A stretch of DNA of 64,000 nucleotides from a bacterium (GTDB lineage: Bacteria > Krumholzibacteriota > Krumholzibacteriia > G020349025): assembly GCA_031362565.1 (NCBI GenBank), contig JANLSU010000039.1:32001-96000 (forward strand), written 5' to 3'. The first letter of the stretch is position 1, and each line of letters begins with the position of its first letter. The notes under the pieces were generated by a model. That model had not been told where the DNA came from and searched no databases. It saw only the letters and a list, made by a program, of their open reading frames with translations. Position numbers and translations under genes: made by a program. This document shows positions 34,512 to 44,686 of this stretch, in pieces.

Positions 34512-37500
34512 TTACGGACTTACGGGAGCCCTGTCAATCGCGCGCGGACCGGCGTCCCGCCTGGGTCCAGGCGGCCCACCACGGCCGAACCCCCCGGCGC
34601 CCGGCGAACGGACCGGCGGCGGCGCCGCGCAGGTCAGCCGGACCGACGTCGCACCGAGCAGTTCGCGGAGCGCATCGAGGAGGGCGCGCGTCGGCGCAAT
34701 GCGCGCATTCCGCGCCTTGACGCGGACGTCACGGGTCGCATTGCGCAAGCGCAGGAACACCTCGCACGGACCGGGGCTGGCAGCCAGAAGGCCTTGCAAG
34801 TGGTCGACCTCGTCGCGCGTCAGCGACTCGGCATCGAGGTCGAGATGCAGCGTGCGGCCGAGCGTCGCCACCGCCTCATCGAGCGTCAGCACCGTGTCGC
34901 AGAGCAGTTTTGTTTCCTGTTCCTCGCGCGCCGAGGCGCGGCCGCTCGCGACCACGACCGCGTCCTCGACGAGCAGTCCTTGGTATTTCTGATACGCGTC
35001 GGCGAACAGGATCAATTCGGCGGCGCCCAGGAAGTCTTCCAACTTCACGAACGCCATCGGCTTGCCTTTTTTGTCGAAGATGATCTTGCAGGACGCCACC
35101 GCGCCGGCAATGACCACCGGTTCGTTGTCGTCGCTCTCCTGCAGCTCGAGCGTCGTCCGCGAGGCGACATCGCGCAGCAACGGCTTGTGTTCGGCGAGCG
35201 GGTGGCCGCTCAGATAGAAGCCGAGGGCCGTCTTCTCGCGCGCCAGGCGATCCGACTCGCTCCACTCCGGCACCAGCGGCAATGCCGGCGCGAGGCCATG
35301 GAGCGCGTGCGCCGCGGCATCGCCGAACAGCGACGTCTGGCCGCGCGCCTTCTCGTTCTGGACCCGTTGGGCGTTGTCGATCGCCATGTCGAGCGCCATG
35401 AGTTTCTGGGCGCGGTGCCCCGGCAATGAATCCATCGCGCCGCCTTGGATGAGGCTTTCCAACACCCGCCGGTTCCACGACCGGCTCTCGACGCGCTCGC
35501 AAAAATCGAACAGCGAGGCGAACGGGCCGGCTGCGCTGCGCTCGCGTTCGACCGCCTCGACCGTGCCGGCGCCGACATTCTTGATGGCGTTCAGGCCGAA
35601 GGTGATCTTGCCGTCGCGCACCCGGAAGTCCGTGACGCTCGAGTTGACGTCCGGCGGCAACACCTCGACACCACGCCGCCGGCAGTCCTCGATGAGCACG
35701 ACGATGCGCGAGGTGTCTTCCATTTCCGACGACAGCGTGGCCGCCATATATTCGGCCGGGTAGTTGGCCTTGAGATAGGCGGTTTGCACCGACACCACAG
35801 CGTAGGCCACCGAGTGCGATTTGTTGAACCCATAGCCGGCGAAATGCACGATCTGCTCCCAGATCGTGGTGGCGACCTCGCGCTTGGCGCCACGCTGCAC
35901 GGCGCCATCCACGAACATGGACATCTGCGCGTCCATGACTTCTTTCTTCTTCTTGCCCATCGCCTTGCGCAAAAGGTCGGCCTGCCCGAGCGAGAAGCCG
36001 GCGAGTTCGCTGGCGATCCGCATCACCTGCTCCTGGTACAGGATGACCCCGTAGGTGTCGCGCAGGATGGGTTCGAGCACCGGGTGCAGCGATTCGATCT
36101 TGCGGCGCTTGTGCTTGCGCTCGATGAAATCGGTCACCATGCCGCTCTTCAGCGGCCCGGGCCGGAAGAGGGCGTTGATGGCCGCGATGTCTTCGAACCG
36201 GTCGGGAGCGATCTTGCGCAGCAAATCGCGCATTCCCGACGACTCGAGCTGAAAGACCCCGACGGTGTCGGCGGCGCGCAGCAGTTCGTAGGTCTTGGGA
36301 TCGTCGAGCGGAATGGCGCGCCAATCCAAGTCGATGCCGCGCGCGTCGCGCAGGAGGCGCGTCGCGCCCGACAGCACGGTGAGCGTGCGCAGCCCCAGGA
36401 AGTCCATCTTGAGCAGCCCGATGTTCTCGAGCACCGTCATGTCCCACTGCGTCGTGACTTCGTCCTTCACCGACTTGTAGAGCGGCACGTGATTCACGAG
36501 CTCGGTGGGCGTGATGACGATGCCGGCGGCGTGAATCGACGCGTGACGCACCAGCCCTTCCAGGTTCTTGCAAATGCTCATGAGCTCGTGCTGCGGATGC
36601 TCCGGCGCATCCATGTCCTTGAGTTCAGGGACGCTCTCCTGGGCCTTCTCCAGCGTCATACCGATCGCATTCGGGATTTGCTTGGCGATCTTGTCGGTGT
36701 CGGAATAGGACAACTTCAGGACCCGGCCCACATCCCGCACCACGCCGCGCGCCGCCATCGTGCCGAAGGTGATGATCTGGCAGACGTTGCTGCGGCCGTA
36801 TTTCTCCTTCACGTATTCGATGACCTCGGCGCGCCGCTCGTCGAAATCGATGTCGATGTCGGGCATCGAGACGCGCTCGGGGTTCAAGAAACGTTCGAAC
36901 AGCAGGTCGTGGGCGATGGGATCGACGTCGGTGATCCCCAGGCAGTAGCACACCAAGCTGCCGGCGGCCGACCCGCGCCCCGGCCCGACGGCGATACCGC
37001 GCTCGCGCGCCGCACGGACGAAATCCGCCACGATCAAGAAATATCCCGCGAACCCCATCTTCTCGATCACCGAGAGCTCGTAGCGCATGCGCTCGCGCAC
37101 GACGTCGTTGGAGTTGGGGTAGCGGTGTGCGAAACCGCGTGCGGTTTCGGATTCCAGGAATGCATCCGGGGTCGCGAAGCCGGGCGGGATCGGGAAATGC
37201 GGCAGGGTGAACTTGCCGAGATCCAACTCCAGCTTGCAGCGGTCAGCCACCAAGAGCGAGTTCTCGACATACTCCAAATGATCCGGCACCAGCGCCGCCA
37301 TGGCGTCGCCGTCCTTGAAGAAGACCTCTTGGGTCGTGAACCGGAAGCGCTTCGGGTCGTCAAAGTCCTTGCCCGTTTGAATGCACAACAAGACATCGTG
37401 CGCCGCGGAATGGTCCTCGCACGTGTAGTGGCTGTCGTTCGTCAGCACGATCGGCGCGCCGGAGTCGCGTCCGAGCTTCGGCAGGAGCGCGTTCACCTGC

Positions 37501-38048
37501 TCCTCGAGATCGATGCCATGCTTCTGCATTTCGATGAAGTAGTGGTCCGGTCCGAACAGCTCGCGCGACTCGTGCACGTGCCGCAGGGCGTCGTCGTAGC
37601 GATCGGCGAGCAGCAATTGCGCCACTTGGCCCTTCAGACACGCCGACAACGCCACGAGACCCTCGGAATGTTTCGCCAACAGCTCCTGATCGATGCGCGG
37701 CTTGTAGTGAAAGCCGGTCAGATAGGCGTCGCTCGCGAGCCGCAGCAGGTTGTGGTAGCCGGCGGTATTCCGCGCCAAGAGCACCAGATGATAGTAGTCG
37801 GACGGGCGCTTCGGTTTGTCGAGACGCGAGCCCATGGCGACGTAGGCTTCCATCCCCAGGATCGGTTGCACACCGGCGGCACGCGCCGCCTTGTAGAAAT
37901 GAATCGCGCCGAACAAGTTGCCGTGATCGGTGAGCGCCAGCGCCGGCATGCCGAATTGCTTGGCACGTTCGACGAGGGTCGGAATGCGTTGCGCGCCATC
38001 GAGCAGGCTGTAGTCGGAGTGCGTATGCAAATGTACGAACGGACGCAT
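34512..38048 (-). CDS. dnaE: DNA polymerase III alpha subunit
   Basis: FVHLHTHSDYSLLDG, ALTDHGN, GPGRGSAAGS, MPDIDIDF, KMDFLGL, GYGFNKSH, OB fold. Confidence 0.97.
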   Translation of the reverse strand: MRPFVHLHTHSDYSLLDGAQRIPTLVERAKQFGMPALALTDHGNLFGAIHFYKAARAAGVQPILGMEAYVAMGSRLDKPKRPSDYYHLVLLARNTAGYHNLLRLASDAYLTGFHYKPRIDQELLAKHSEGLVALSACLKGQVAQLLLADRYDDALRHVHESRELFGPDHYFIEMQKHGIDLEEQVNALLPKLGRDSGAPIVLTNDSHYTCEDHSAAHDVLLCIQTGKDFDDPKRFRFTTQEVFFKDGDAMAALVPDHLEYVENSLLVADRCKLELDLGKFTLPHFPIPPGFATPDAFLESETARGFAHRYPNSNDVVRERMRYELSVIEKMGFAGYFLIVADFVRAARERGIAVGPGRGSAAGSLVCYCLGITDVDPIAHDLLFERFLNPERVSMPDIDIDFDERRAEVIEYVKEKYGRSNVCQIITFGTMAARGVVRDVGRVLKLSYSDTDKIAKQIPNAIGMTLEKAQESVPELKDMDAPEHPQHELMSICKNLEGLVRHASIHAAGIVITPTELVNHVPLYKSVKDEVTTQWDMTVLENIGLLKMDFLGLRTLTVLSGATRLLRDARGIDLDWRAIPLDDPKTYELLRAADTVGVFQLESSGMRDLLRKIAPDRFEDIAAINALFRPGPLKSGMVTDFIERKHKRRKIESLHPVLEPILRDTYGVILYQEQVMRIASELAGFSLGQADLLRKAMGKKKKEVMDAQMSMFVDGAVQRGAKREVATTIWEQIVHFAGYGFNKSHSVAYAVVSVQTAYLKANYPAEYMAATLSSEMEDTSRIVVLIEDCRRRGVEVLPPDVNSSVTDFRVRDGKITFGLNAIKNVGAGTVEAVERERSAAGPFASLFDFCERVESRSWNRRVLESLIQGGAMDSLPGHRAQKLMALDMAIDNAQRVQNEKARGQTSLFGDAAAHALHGLAPALPLVPEWSESDRLAREKTALGFYLSGHPLAEHKPLLRDVASRTTLELQESDDNEPVVIAGAVASCKIIFDKKGKPMAFVKLEDFLGAAELILFADAYQKYQGLLVEDAVVVASGRASAREEQETKLLCDTVLTLDEAVATLGRTLHLDLDAESLTRDEVDHLQGLLAASPGPCEVFLRLRNATRDVRVKARNARIAPTRALLDALRELLGATSVRLTCAAPPPVRSPGAGGFGRGGPPGPRRDAGPRAIDRAPVSP

Positions 38049-38068
38049 GCTCGCCTTCTCGCCGTGGT

Positions 38069-40333
38069 TCACGGCACCCGGAACACGAGCTGGCGCTCGG
38101 CCCGATTGCCCAGTTGATCGGTGGCTCGGACCTGCAGCCGGTGCAGCCCGCGGCCGAGCTTGCGTTCGAGATCCAAGACCACACCGCCGGTTTCCGGATC
38201 CCACTCTGGGATCGCGAGCCCGCCATCCAATTCGGTCTCGACGCCGCCATCGCCCATTTCGGCGCCGGCATCGGTGACCACGAACCGTACCCGCTGCGGC
38301 AGTGCACCGCGCGGCGTGACTCGCACGTCGCCGATGACCGGCGGCGTGTCGTCGGCCAGCACGGCGATCCGCGTCAACTGCCGGGCGGTCGCCACAAGCC
38401 TGCCATCCGGATCGCGTTCCGACGCAACCACGGTCAGTTTGCCGTTTTGGTTCGTCGCGAACAATCCCACGTGCGACCCCGCGCCCGCCGGCAGGCGGAC
38501 CTCGATTCGATACGGCGCGTCGAACGCGGCGGTGGACGGTTCCAGGTCCCACCCGGGTCCGGCGCGACGCAGTTCGGGCCGCAGAGTCAGCGGCCCGGCC
38601 CTGGCGCGGGCCCGCACCACGACGTCATCGAGCAGCACCCCGGCGGGCAGGTCGAGCCCCAGCGCCGCATCGAGGTCCTCGATGCGCGCCGCCTCGCCGC
38701 GCCGCACGCCATGCGCCGCGAGCCCGACGCGCTCGACCGCGCGCCGCCCGTCGAGCGCCCGGGCCCGCAGTTCGAGCGCCGCCCAGGGACCGGCGAGATC
38801 CGAGTAGGCGGCGGTGGCACGATAGGCGCGCGTCGCCGTCTGCTCGACACGCAGCGCGAGGCGCCCGCCATCCGGCCTGACCGCCTCGACGCTCGGCGGC
38901 GCCTCTAAGAGCGCCGGCGATGTCACCGCAATGTCGAGCCAGCCCGCTCGCCACCGGGGCGTAATCTCCACTGCGAGTTCGGCGTCGCGTTCGCCGGCCG
39001 CACTCGTCGTCCAAGTGCGGATGACGCTCGTGCCCCCCATGCCCCGGAGCGTGGCGCGCAAGGCAAGCGATCCGTCGACCGGGGTGACCACGCCGCGCCA
39101 TTCACAGCGCTCGCCCGTGACGGTCCCCCGCGGCACCGCGAGCGCCTTCCAGGTCTCACCCCGGTCGCACGAAATCTCCATGCCGAGGCGCAAGGAATCG
39201 CCGCCGGCACCCACGAGGCGCCCGATGCACGTCCAAACGCGCTCGCCGCTTGCCGCCGCACCGCTCCAAAGACTATCGATCCGCGCCGCCGGGACGACGT
39301 CGATCAGGCCGTTGAAACGCGCCACGTGGCCGGCCACGTCGGCGGCTTCGACGCCGATCCGGTGCCGGCCCGGAGCGGCTTGCACGGTGAGGTTCGGGCG
39401 CGGCACCCCGGCCCACAGAGTGCCGTCGGTGCCGTCAGCCACCTGGCGTCCTGCGAGCCGGTTGCCGACATGCCGGTACAACCATTGGATGCGTTCGCCG
39501 CGCCGCAAGCGTTCCGCATCGTACTCCACATTCAACAGGTGGTTGTGCGCGTAGTCGAAGCGTTCGTGCAGCAGCCGGAAGAGCATGTGGCCGTCCACCT
39601 GCAGTTCATACCGGTACGGCGCTTGGCGGTATTCACCCGGCGCGGCGGTATCGGCAGCACGGACTTCAAAGGCCAGAGTTCCAGCCACCCGTAACGGCAC
39701 GCCGCTCCGCAAGATGGCGGCGCTGTTCTTGCCATCGATGGTGGATGCCGCGTCGAGCGGTACGACGCTCACTTCACCAATGGCCGGACTCATGGTATCG
39801 CGGACTGGAAACCCGGCGGTCTGCGGATTGCGCGCCACATCGCCGTCGCGCAATTCGAAATGGAAGTGCGGCACGCCGATTCCGGTGTCGCCGCTCCAAG
39901 CGATGACCGCATCCCGTTGGACGCGAATTTCGCCGGGCGGCAAGTTGACATCGAACGTGTAGCGCCGGCCGCGCTGTTGCTCGGCACGCGCCCGGGCAGC
40001 CATCGGTGCCGCGAAGCGCGACAAATGCGCGTAGACGACCAGCGGCCCGTCATCGAGTTGCACGTAGAGGGCTTTGCCGTACCCGTACGGCGACATGCGC
40101 ATGCGGACGACCGATCCATCGCCGACCGCATGGCAGGCGGCACCAGTGCGGCCGCCGGTGCCCAGATCGATCCCCGCATGGAGGCGTCCGGGACGGTACT
40201 CGCCGAAGCTGCTGGTGAGGACCGGAGGCAGGTCGAGCGGCCAGCGCGGCGGCGGCGACGGCGCCTCGGCCGCACGGGCCGCGCCGAAACCCAGGAGGAG
40301 CCAGGCAATCTTCGGAAACGAGCCGCGATGCAC
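38069..40333 (-). CDS. M23 family metallopeptidase with long C-terminal extension
   Basis: SSFGEYRPGRLHAGIDL, GYGKALY, YAHL, SGDTG..PHFHFELR. GTG start is inferred. Confidence 0.82.
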   Translation of the reverse strand: MHRGSFPKIAWLLLGFGAARAAEAPSPPPRWPLDLPPVLTSSFGEYRPGRLHAGIDLGTGGRTGAACHAVGDGSVVRMRMSPYGYGKALYVQLDDGPLVVYAHLSRFAAPMAARARAEQQRGRRYTFDVNLPPGEIRVQRDAVIAWSGDTGIGVPHFHFELRDGDVARNPQTAGFPVRDTMSPAIGEVSVVPLDAASTIDGKNSAAILRSGVPLRVAGTLAFEVRAADTAAPGEYRQAPYRYELQVDGHMLFRLLHERFDYAHNHLLNVEYDAERLRRGERIQWLYRHVGNRLAGRQVADGTDGTLWAGVPRPNLTVQAAPGRHRIGVEAADVAGHVARFNGLIDVVPAARIDSLWSGAAASGERVWTCIGRLVGAGGDSLRLGMEISCDRGETWKALAVPRGTVTGERCEWRGVVTPVDGSLALRATLRGMGGTSVIRTWTTSAAGERDAELAVEITPRWRAGWLDIAVTSPALLEAPPSVEAVRPDGGRLALRVEQTATRAYRATAAYSDLAGPWAALELRARALDGRRAVERVGLAAHGVRRGEAARIEDLDAALGLDLPAGVLLDDVVVRARARAGPLTLRPELRRAGPGWDLEPSTAAFDAPYRIEVRLPAGAGSHVGLFATNQNGKLTVVASERDPDGRLVATARQLTRIAVLADDTPPVIGDVRVTPRGALPQRVRFVVTDAGAEMGDGGVETELDGGLAIPEWDPETGGVVLDLERKLGRGLHRLQVRATDQLGNRAERQLVFRVP

Positions 40334-40512
40334 CGCCACCCCCTCGGAGCCCCGCGCCCAAGGCGGGTCGCGAACCGAACGCTGAAGATCGAGTCGTTTG
40401 CCGCTCGGGCACCGCGCCGCGGTGGCGGCGACGAGCGATAGCACCGCCGCTCGGGCGCGTCAACCCGACCGGCGCCGTGCGCGCCGCACACCGCGCCTTG
40501 CGGCACCGCGAC

Positions 40513-40521
40513 TGCTATGAT
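40513..40521 (+). promoter_or_regulatory. Extended -10 element TGcTATGAT
   Basis: Lies in the divergent intergenic region upstream of the PpiD-like gene (AAGGAG RBS). Confidence 0.45.
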
Positions 40522-40598
40522 AGTTTGCGCCGTTCGGCACCCTGGAGGCATGCGCGCACCAAGGGCAACGGACTCCGGCCCTACAAGGAGACTTCGGC

Positions 40599-42392
40599 AT
40601 GCTGCAACAGATGCGTTCGATGAAAACGCTGATTTTTTGGTTCGTCGCCATCACGTTCTTAGTCGGTTTCGTATTCTTGGGCGACGGCCTCAAGGTCGGC
40701 CGCGCCGATCGCCAGAGCCAAAAGTCCTACGTCGCCGAGATCAACGGCGAGAAGGTTCCGTACGAGACCTACAGCAGCTACGTGAACCAGCTCGTGGAAA
40801 TGGACCGGCGCCAGTACCAGCGCGAGGACCTGTCGACCTCCGACTACGACCGCATCGAAGCACAGGCTTGGGATGGAATCATCTCCGAAATGCTGGTGCG
40901 CCAAGAAGCCCAAAAACTGAATCTGCGGGCCGGCGACGACGAGATCGTCGCGACGCTCACGCAGAGCCCGCCGTCGTTCATTCGCCAGCGCTTCACCGAC
41001 GAGCAGGGACAGTTCAACCAAGCCGCATTTCAGAGCGCCGTCAACGATCCCAATTTCAACTGGGGCCCTGCGGAACAGTATCTGCGTTCGGCGCTTCCAT
41101 CATTGAAACTCGAAAAGATGGTGCGCGCCCGGGCCCAGGTCAGCGAAGACGAAGTGCGGCAGGAATTCGCCCGGCGCAATCAGCGCACCAAGGTGCGTTA
41201 TGCCGGTACCGCATGGCAGTCCATCGATTTGGGCAGCTGGACGCCAACCGACGCCGACATGCACGCGTTCTATGACAAGCACCCCGAGCGTTTCATGCGC
41301 GGCGAAACGGTGTCGCTCGAAATCATCAAGGTTGCCAAGAAGCCGAGCGCCGACGACGAGGCGGACGCCACCGACAACATCAAAAAGGCGCTCGACGACG
41401 AAAAGGCCGGCGAAACGTTCGCGCAAGTCGCCGAAATCTATTCCGACGATGCATCCGCGACGCGCGGTGGCGACTTGGGTTGGCTGAATCCGTCTGCACT
41501 GCCGGGACCGCTCGGCGAAGCGGCCGCGAAGCTGGCCGCCGGGCAGACGACACCCGAGGCAGTGCGCACCGAGAGTGGATACGTGCTCCTGCATGCCGAC
41601 AGCGTGCGCGCGACGGCCGCCGGCACCCAGATGCGCCTGCGGGAGATCGTTGTCATCCCTAAAACGAGTGGCGAGACTCTCGACGCGCTCCGCAGCCATG
41701 TGTTCGAAGTCGCACCCCGCGCCCAGAAAGACTTTGAAGCCGCGGCGCGCGAACTCGGCACCACGGTCGAGAAACTCGAGCCCGTGGAAGCGATGGGCTT
41801 TCTGCCGACTATCGGCTTTGCGAAGCGCCTGGTGGACTGGGCTTTTGCAGCGCAGCCGGGCGAAGTTTCCGACCCGATCGGCACGGACGGCGCGATCCTC
41901 ATCGCCAAACTAGTGGCCAAGAACCCCAAGGCGCCGCGGCCGTTCGACCAAGTGGTCGATCAGGTGCGTGCCGGTGCCCAGGAGCAGGCCAAGAAGGACC
42001 GGGCCCGGGCGCAGGTCGAGCGCGTGCTGGCGCAAGTGAAGGGCGGCGCGACGCTCGACGCCGCGGCCAAGGCGCAGGGCCTCACGGCGGGCGATCCGGC
42101 GCCGTTCAACTACTACGAGAGTGTCCCGGGCGTCGGTGGTGCGAACGAGTTCACGGCCGTGGCGTCGACGCTCGAGCCCGGCAAGACGAGCGGCGTCATC
42201 GAAACGAACGCCGGCACGTACATCGTCCAAGTCGTGTCGCGCGATGCGTTCGACGACAACGCCTACAAGACGCAACGCCAGAACGCGTACCAGAGCCTGC
42301 TCCAGCGGCGCGAGGCCGAAGTCTACGAGGCGTGGATCAAGGACGTTCGGGACCACGCATCGATCAAGGACCACCGGCGCCCACGCGTCTGA
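40599..42392 (+). CDS. PpiD/SurA-like peptidyl-prolyl isomerase chaperone
   Basis: MLQQMR plus N-terminal TM helix, VAEINGEKV, parvulin domain FAQVAEIYSDD...GGDLGW. Confidence 0.88.
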   Translation: MLQQMRSMKTLIFWFVAITFLVGFVFLGDGLKVGRADRQSQKSYVAEINGEKVPYETYSSYVNQLVEMDRRQYQREDLSTSDYDRIEAQAWDGIISEMLVRQEAQKLNLRAGDDEIVATLTQSPPSFIRQRFTDEQGQFNQAAFQSAVNDPNFNWGPAEQYLRSALPSLKLEKMVRARAQVSEDEVRQEFARRNQRTKVRYAGTAWQSIDLGSWTPTDADMHAFYDKHPERFMRGETVSLEIIKVAKKPSADDEADATDNIKKALDDEKAGETFAQVAEIYSDDASATRGGDLGWLNPSALPGPLGEAAAKLAAGQTTPEAVRTESGYVLLHADSVRATAAGTQMRLREIVVIPKTSGETLDALRSHVFEVAPRAQKDFEAAARELGTTVEKLEPVEAMGFLPTIGFAKRLVDWAFAAQPGEVSDPIGTDGAILIAKLVAKNPKAPRPFDQVVDQVRAGAQEQAKKDRARAQVERVLAQVKGGATLDAAAKAQGLTAGDPAPFNYYESVPGVGGANEFTAVASTLEPGKTSGVIETNAGTYIVQVVSRDAFDDNAYKTQRQNAYQSLLQRREAEVYEAWIKDVRDHASIKDHRRPRV

Positions 42393-42403
42393 CGGCGGCT
42401 GCT

Positions 42404-44629
42404 TTGTCCACCGCGACCGCGCCGCCCGAGACACGCAGACTCCCCGGTCTCGGGATCGTGTTCGCGCTCGCGGCGCTTGTGCGGGTCGTGGCGTTGGCGC
42501 TGCAACCCGGACTGACCTACGACGGCACGTACTACTTGCGGCAGGCCGAACGCCTGGCGCACGGCCATTTCAATGTCATCGGCTTCCCGCCCGGATTCCC
42601 CTGCCTCGTGGCGCTCGTGACGCCGCTCGTGGGCGATCCGGTGCTGGCGGCGCGTCTCGTCTCACTCGTAGCGGGCCTCGCGACGCTCGGACTCGCGCTC
42701 AGTCTCGCGCGCGGCATGCTGACGCCACGCGCCGCGTTCGTCGTCGGCGTGTTCTTGGCGCTCGATCCCGACTACGTCCGCACCAGTGTCGAAGTGCTGA
42801 GCGAACCGCTCTACGGTGCTCTGCTCTGCGGCGCGTTGGTCGCCTTTCGCGCCCGGCGTGATGCAATGGTCGGGGCGCTGCTGGGTCTGGCGTTTCTCGT
42901 CCGTCCGGAAGCGGCGATCGTGCTCGCCGCGCTCCTCTATTTGCGCGCCCGGGAGACCAAACGCGTCCCGTGGCAGGCCTGTCTCGGATGGATTCCGGTC
43001 GTCGCGTATGCGGGACTCGCATCGCACGCCGTGGGACATCCGGTGCTGACGCCGAAACAGGATCAGTGGGACTTGGGCGCCGCCACCTGGCAACGTGCCG
43101 GCACGCTGCTATGGACGCTGCACGGCATCTTCCCGATCGTGCTCGTACCCGGCGCCGTGTGGTGGGCCGTGCGGCACGATCGCAGTTTGCTCGTACCGCT
43201 CCTCCCCACCGTGCTGCTGCCGTTTTTCGCGATTCATATTCAGGAGCGTTTTCACGTCCCGGCGCTGCCGATGCTGGCAATTCTGGCGGCGGCTTGGGTC
43301 GAGTCGCTCGGAGCGCGTCCCCGCCGAGCGTGCCTCGTCTTGGCGGCGGTTGCTTGCGCGGCCGGGACCGCGCCGCGCTGGCACCACCTCGTGCGCCCCG
43401 AACCGCTGACGCCACGCGGGCGCGAAATCGGCACCGCCCTGCGCTCCAGCGTGCGCTTCGACGATCAGATCGCGGCGCGATTCCCCATCGTCCCGTACTA
43501 CGCCGGCGCCGGTTTCGTCCGCGCGCCGCGCACCGCATCGTATGAGGCGATGTTGGATTCGGTGCGCGCCGCCGGCGCGACTCACTTGCTGGTGCTCGAA
43601 AACGAGACCGCTGCCATTCTGCCACAACTGCGGCCGCTGTTCGACAATGCTCAGGTGGCCAGTTCGGAATCGCGTCTCGAAGCGGTCGCGTGGGTGGATG
43701 CACCGGTCGGCGCACGGGCCCTCTTGTACCGCTTCCGGCCGGTGCCGGTGCCGGCGGAGAGCGTCCGAGTCCTCGCGTCCGATGTCGTATCGCTGGCTTG
43801 GAACGATCCGTGGCTCTGTACGAGCGACCGCGGTGGCCGCCTCCGCATCGTGGAGCCGGGCGAATTCGGGTCGACGCCGCTGCCGCCCGGCCGCGAACCC
43901 AGTGCTGGGGCCGGCGACGCCGCCATCGTCACGGTGCGCAACGACGGCCTGACGCGTTGGATCTGCAGTACCGACTTGCGCACCGGACACAGCACCGAGT
44001 TTGCCGCGACGCGCGGCGACGCACCCGCCTGGCCGGCGGCAACCGGCGACGCGATCCTCTATGTGCGTACCGCGCCACCCGGCGGACTGCGAGCCCTCGA
44101 TCCCGAGAGCGGCGAAATTCGCCCGGTGCGCTTCGCGGCCATCGAAGCCAGCGTCGCACGGCCGGTTTTCATCACGGCGCGCGGCCGCGACCTCAGTGTG
44201 ACGTTCGAGCGCGGCGGTAAGTCGAGCGTCGTCGCGACCGGCGAGTGGCCCGGTTGGACTGCGGGACACGACACGCTCGACGTGCCCGGTCGCTGGGCGA
44301 CGGCGTTGCAACTCCACGATCCACGCACCGCGTGGGTTCCCGACACCGACGCATTGTTTGCAAGTGTGACGCTCGCCGACTCGACTCCCGACGTCGCGGC
44401 GCTCTGCGTCGTGCAGGGCGCGACGCTCCGCCGGCTCACGTACGGCGTCGTCGAACCGCGTGCCGCCATCGCGCAGCGTCGAGCCGGTGGGCAACTGACG
44501 CTCGTCTTCGTGGCCGGGCGCAACGACTTGTGCCGCGCCCCCCTGCGCGTCGAGGACTTGCGCATTCCCACCGTGCGCGTCTTCCCAGCCCCCTCGGCCC
44601 GGCACGAATCCGGCTCTTTTCGCCCCTAA
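42404..44629 (+). CDS. GT-C (ArnT/PMT-like) membrane protein with C-terminal beta-propeller-like domain
   Basis: TYDGTYY..QA, FPPGFP, LSEPLY, GLAFLVRPEA, many TM helices, soluble C-terminus. Start is uncertain. Confidence 0.6.
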   Translation: MSTATAPPETRRLPGLGIVFALAALVRVVALALQPGLTYDGTYYLRQAERLAHGHFNVIGFPPGFPCLVALVTPLVGDPVLAARLVSLVAGLATLGLALSLARGMLTPRAAFVVGVFLALDPDYVRTSVEVLSEPLYGALLCGALVAFRARRDAMVGALLGLAFLVRPEAAIVLAALLYLRARETKRVPWQACLGWIPVVAYAGLASHAVGHPVLTPKQDQWDLGAATWQRAGTLLWTLHGIFPIVLVPGAVWWAVRHDRSLLVPLLPTVLLPFFAIHIQERFHVPALPMLAILAAAWVESLGARPRRACLVLAAVACAAGTAPRWHHLVRPEPLTPRGREIGTALRSSVRFDDQIAARFPIVPYYAGAGFVRAPRTASYEAMLDSVRAAGATHLLVLENETAAILPQLRPLFDNAQVASSESRLEAVAWVDAPVGARALLYRFRPVPVPAESVRVLASDVVSLAWNDPWLCTSDRGGRLRIVEPGEFGSTPLPPGREPSAGAGDAAIVTVRNDGLTRWICSTDLRTGHSTEFAATRGDAPAWPAATGDAILYVRTAPPGGLRALDPESGEIRPVRFAAIEASVARPVFITARGRDLSVTFERGGKSSVVATGEWPGWTAGHDTLDVPGRWATALQLHDPRTAWVPDTDALFASVTLADSTPDVAALCVVQGATLRRLTYGVVEPRAAIAQRRAGGQLTLVFVAGRNDLCRAPLRVEDLRIPTVRVFPAPSARHESGSFRP

Positions 44630-44686
44630 AGCCGTCCGGGCGCCTGGACGCGACTTGACTTCGACATTCACTTCTTGCGGCAGGGC

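Noticed and set aside
35445..38117. 890-aa plus-strand ORF (also 23683-26397, 28385-30367 and other long antisense ORFs)
   Set aside because: Antisense shadows of dnaE and porU, typical of high-GC DNA; no recognisable motifs.
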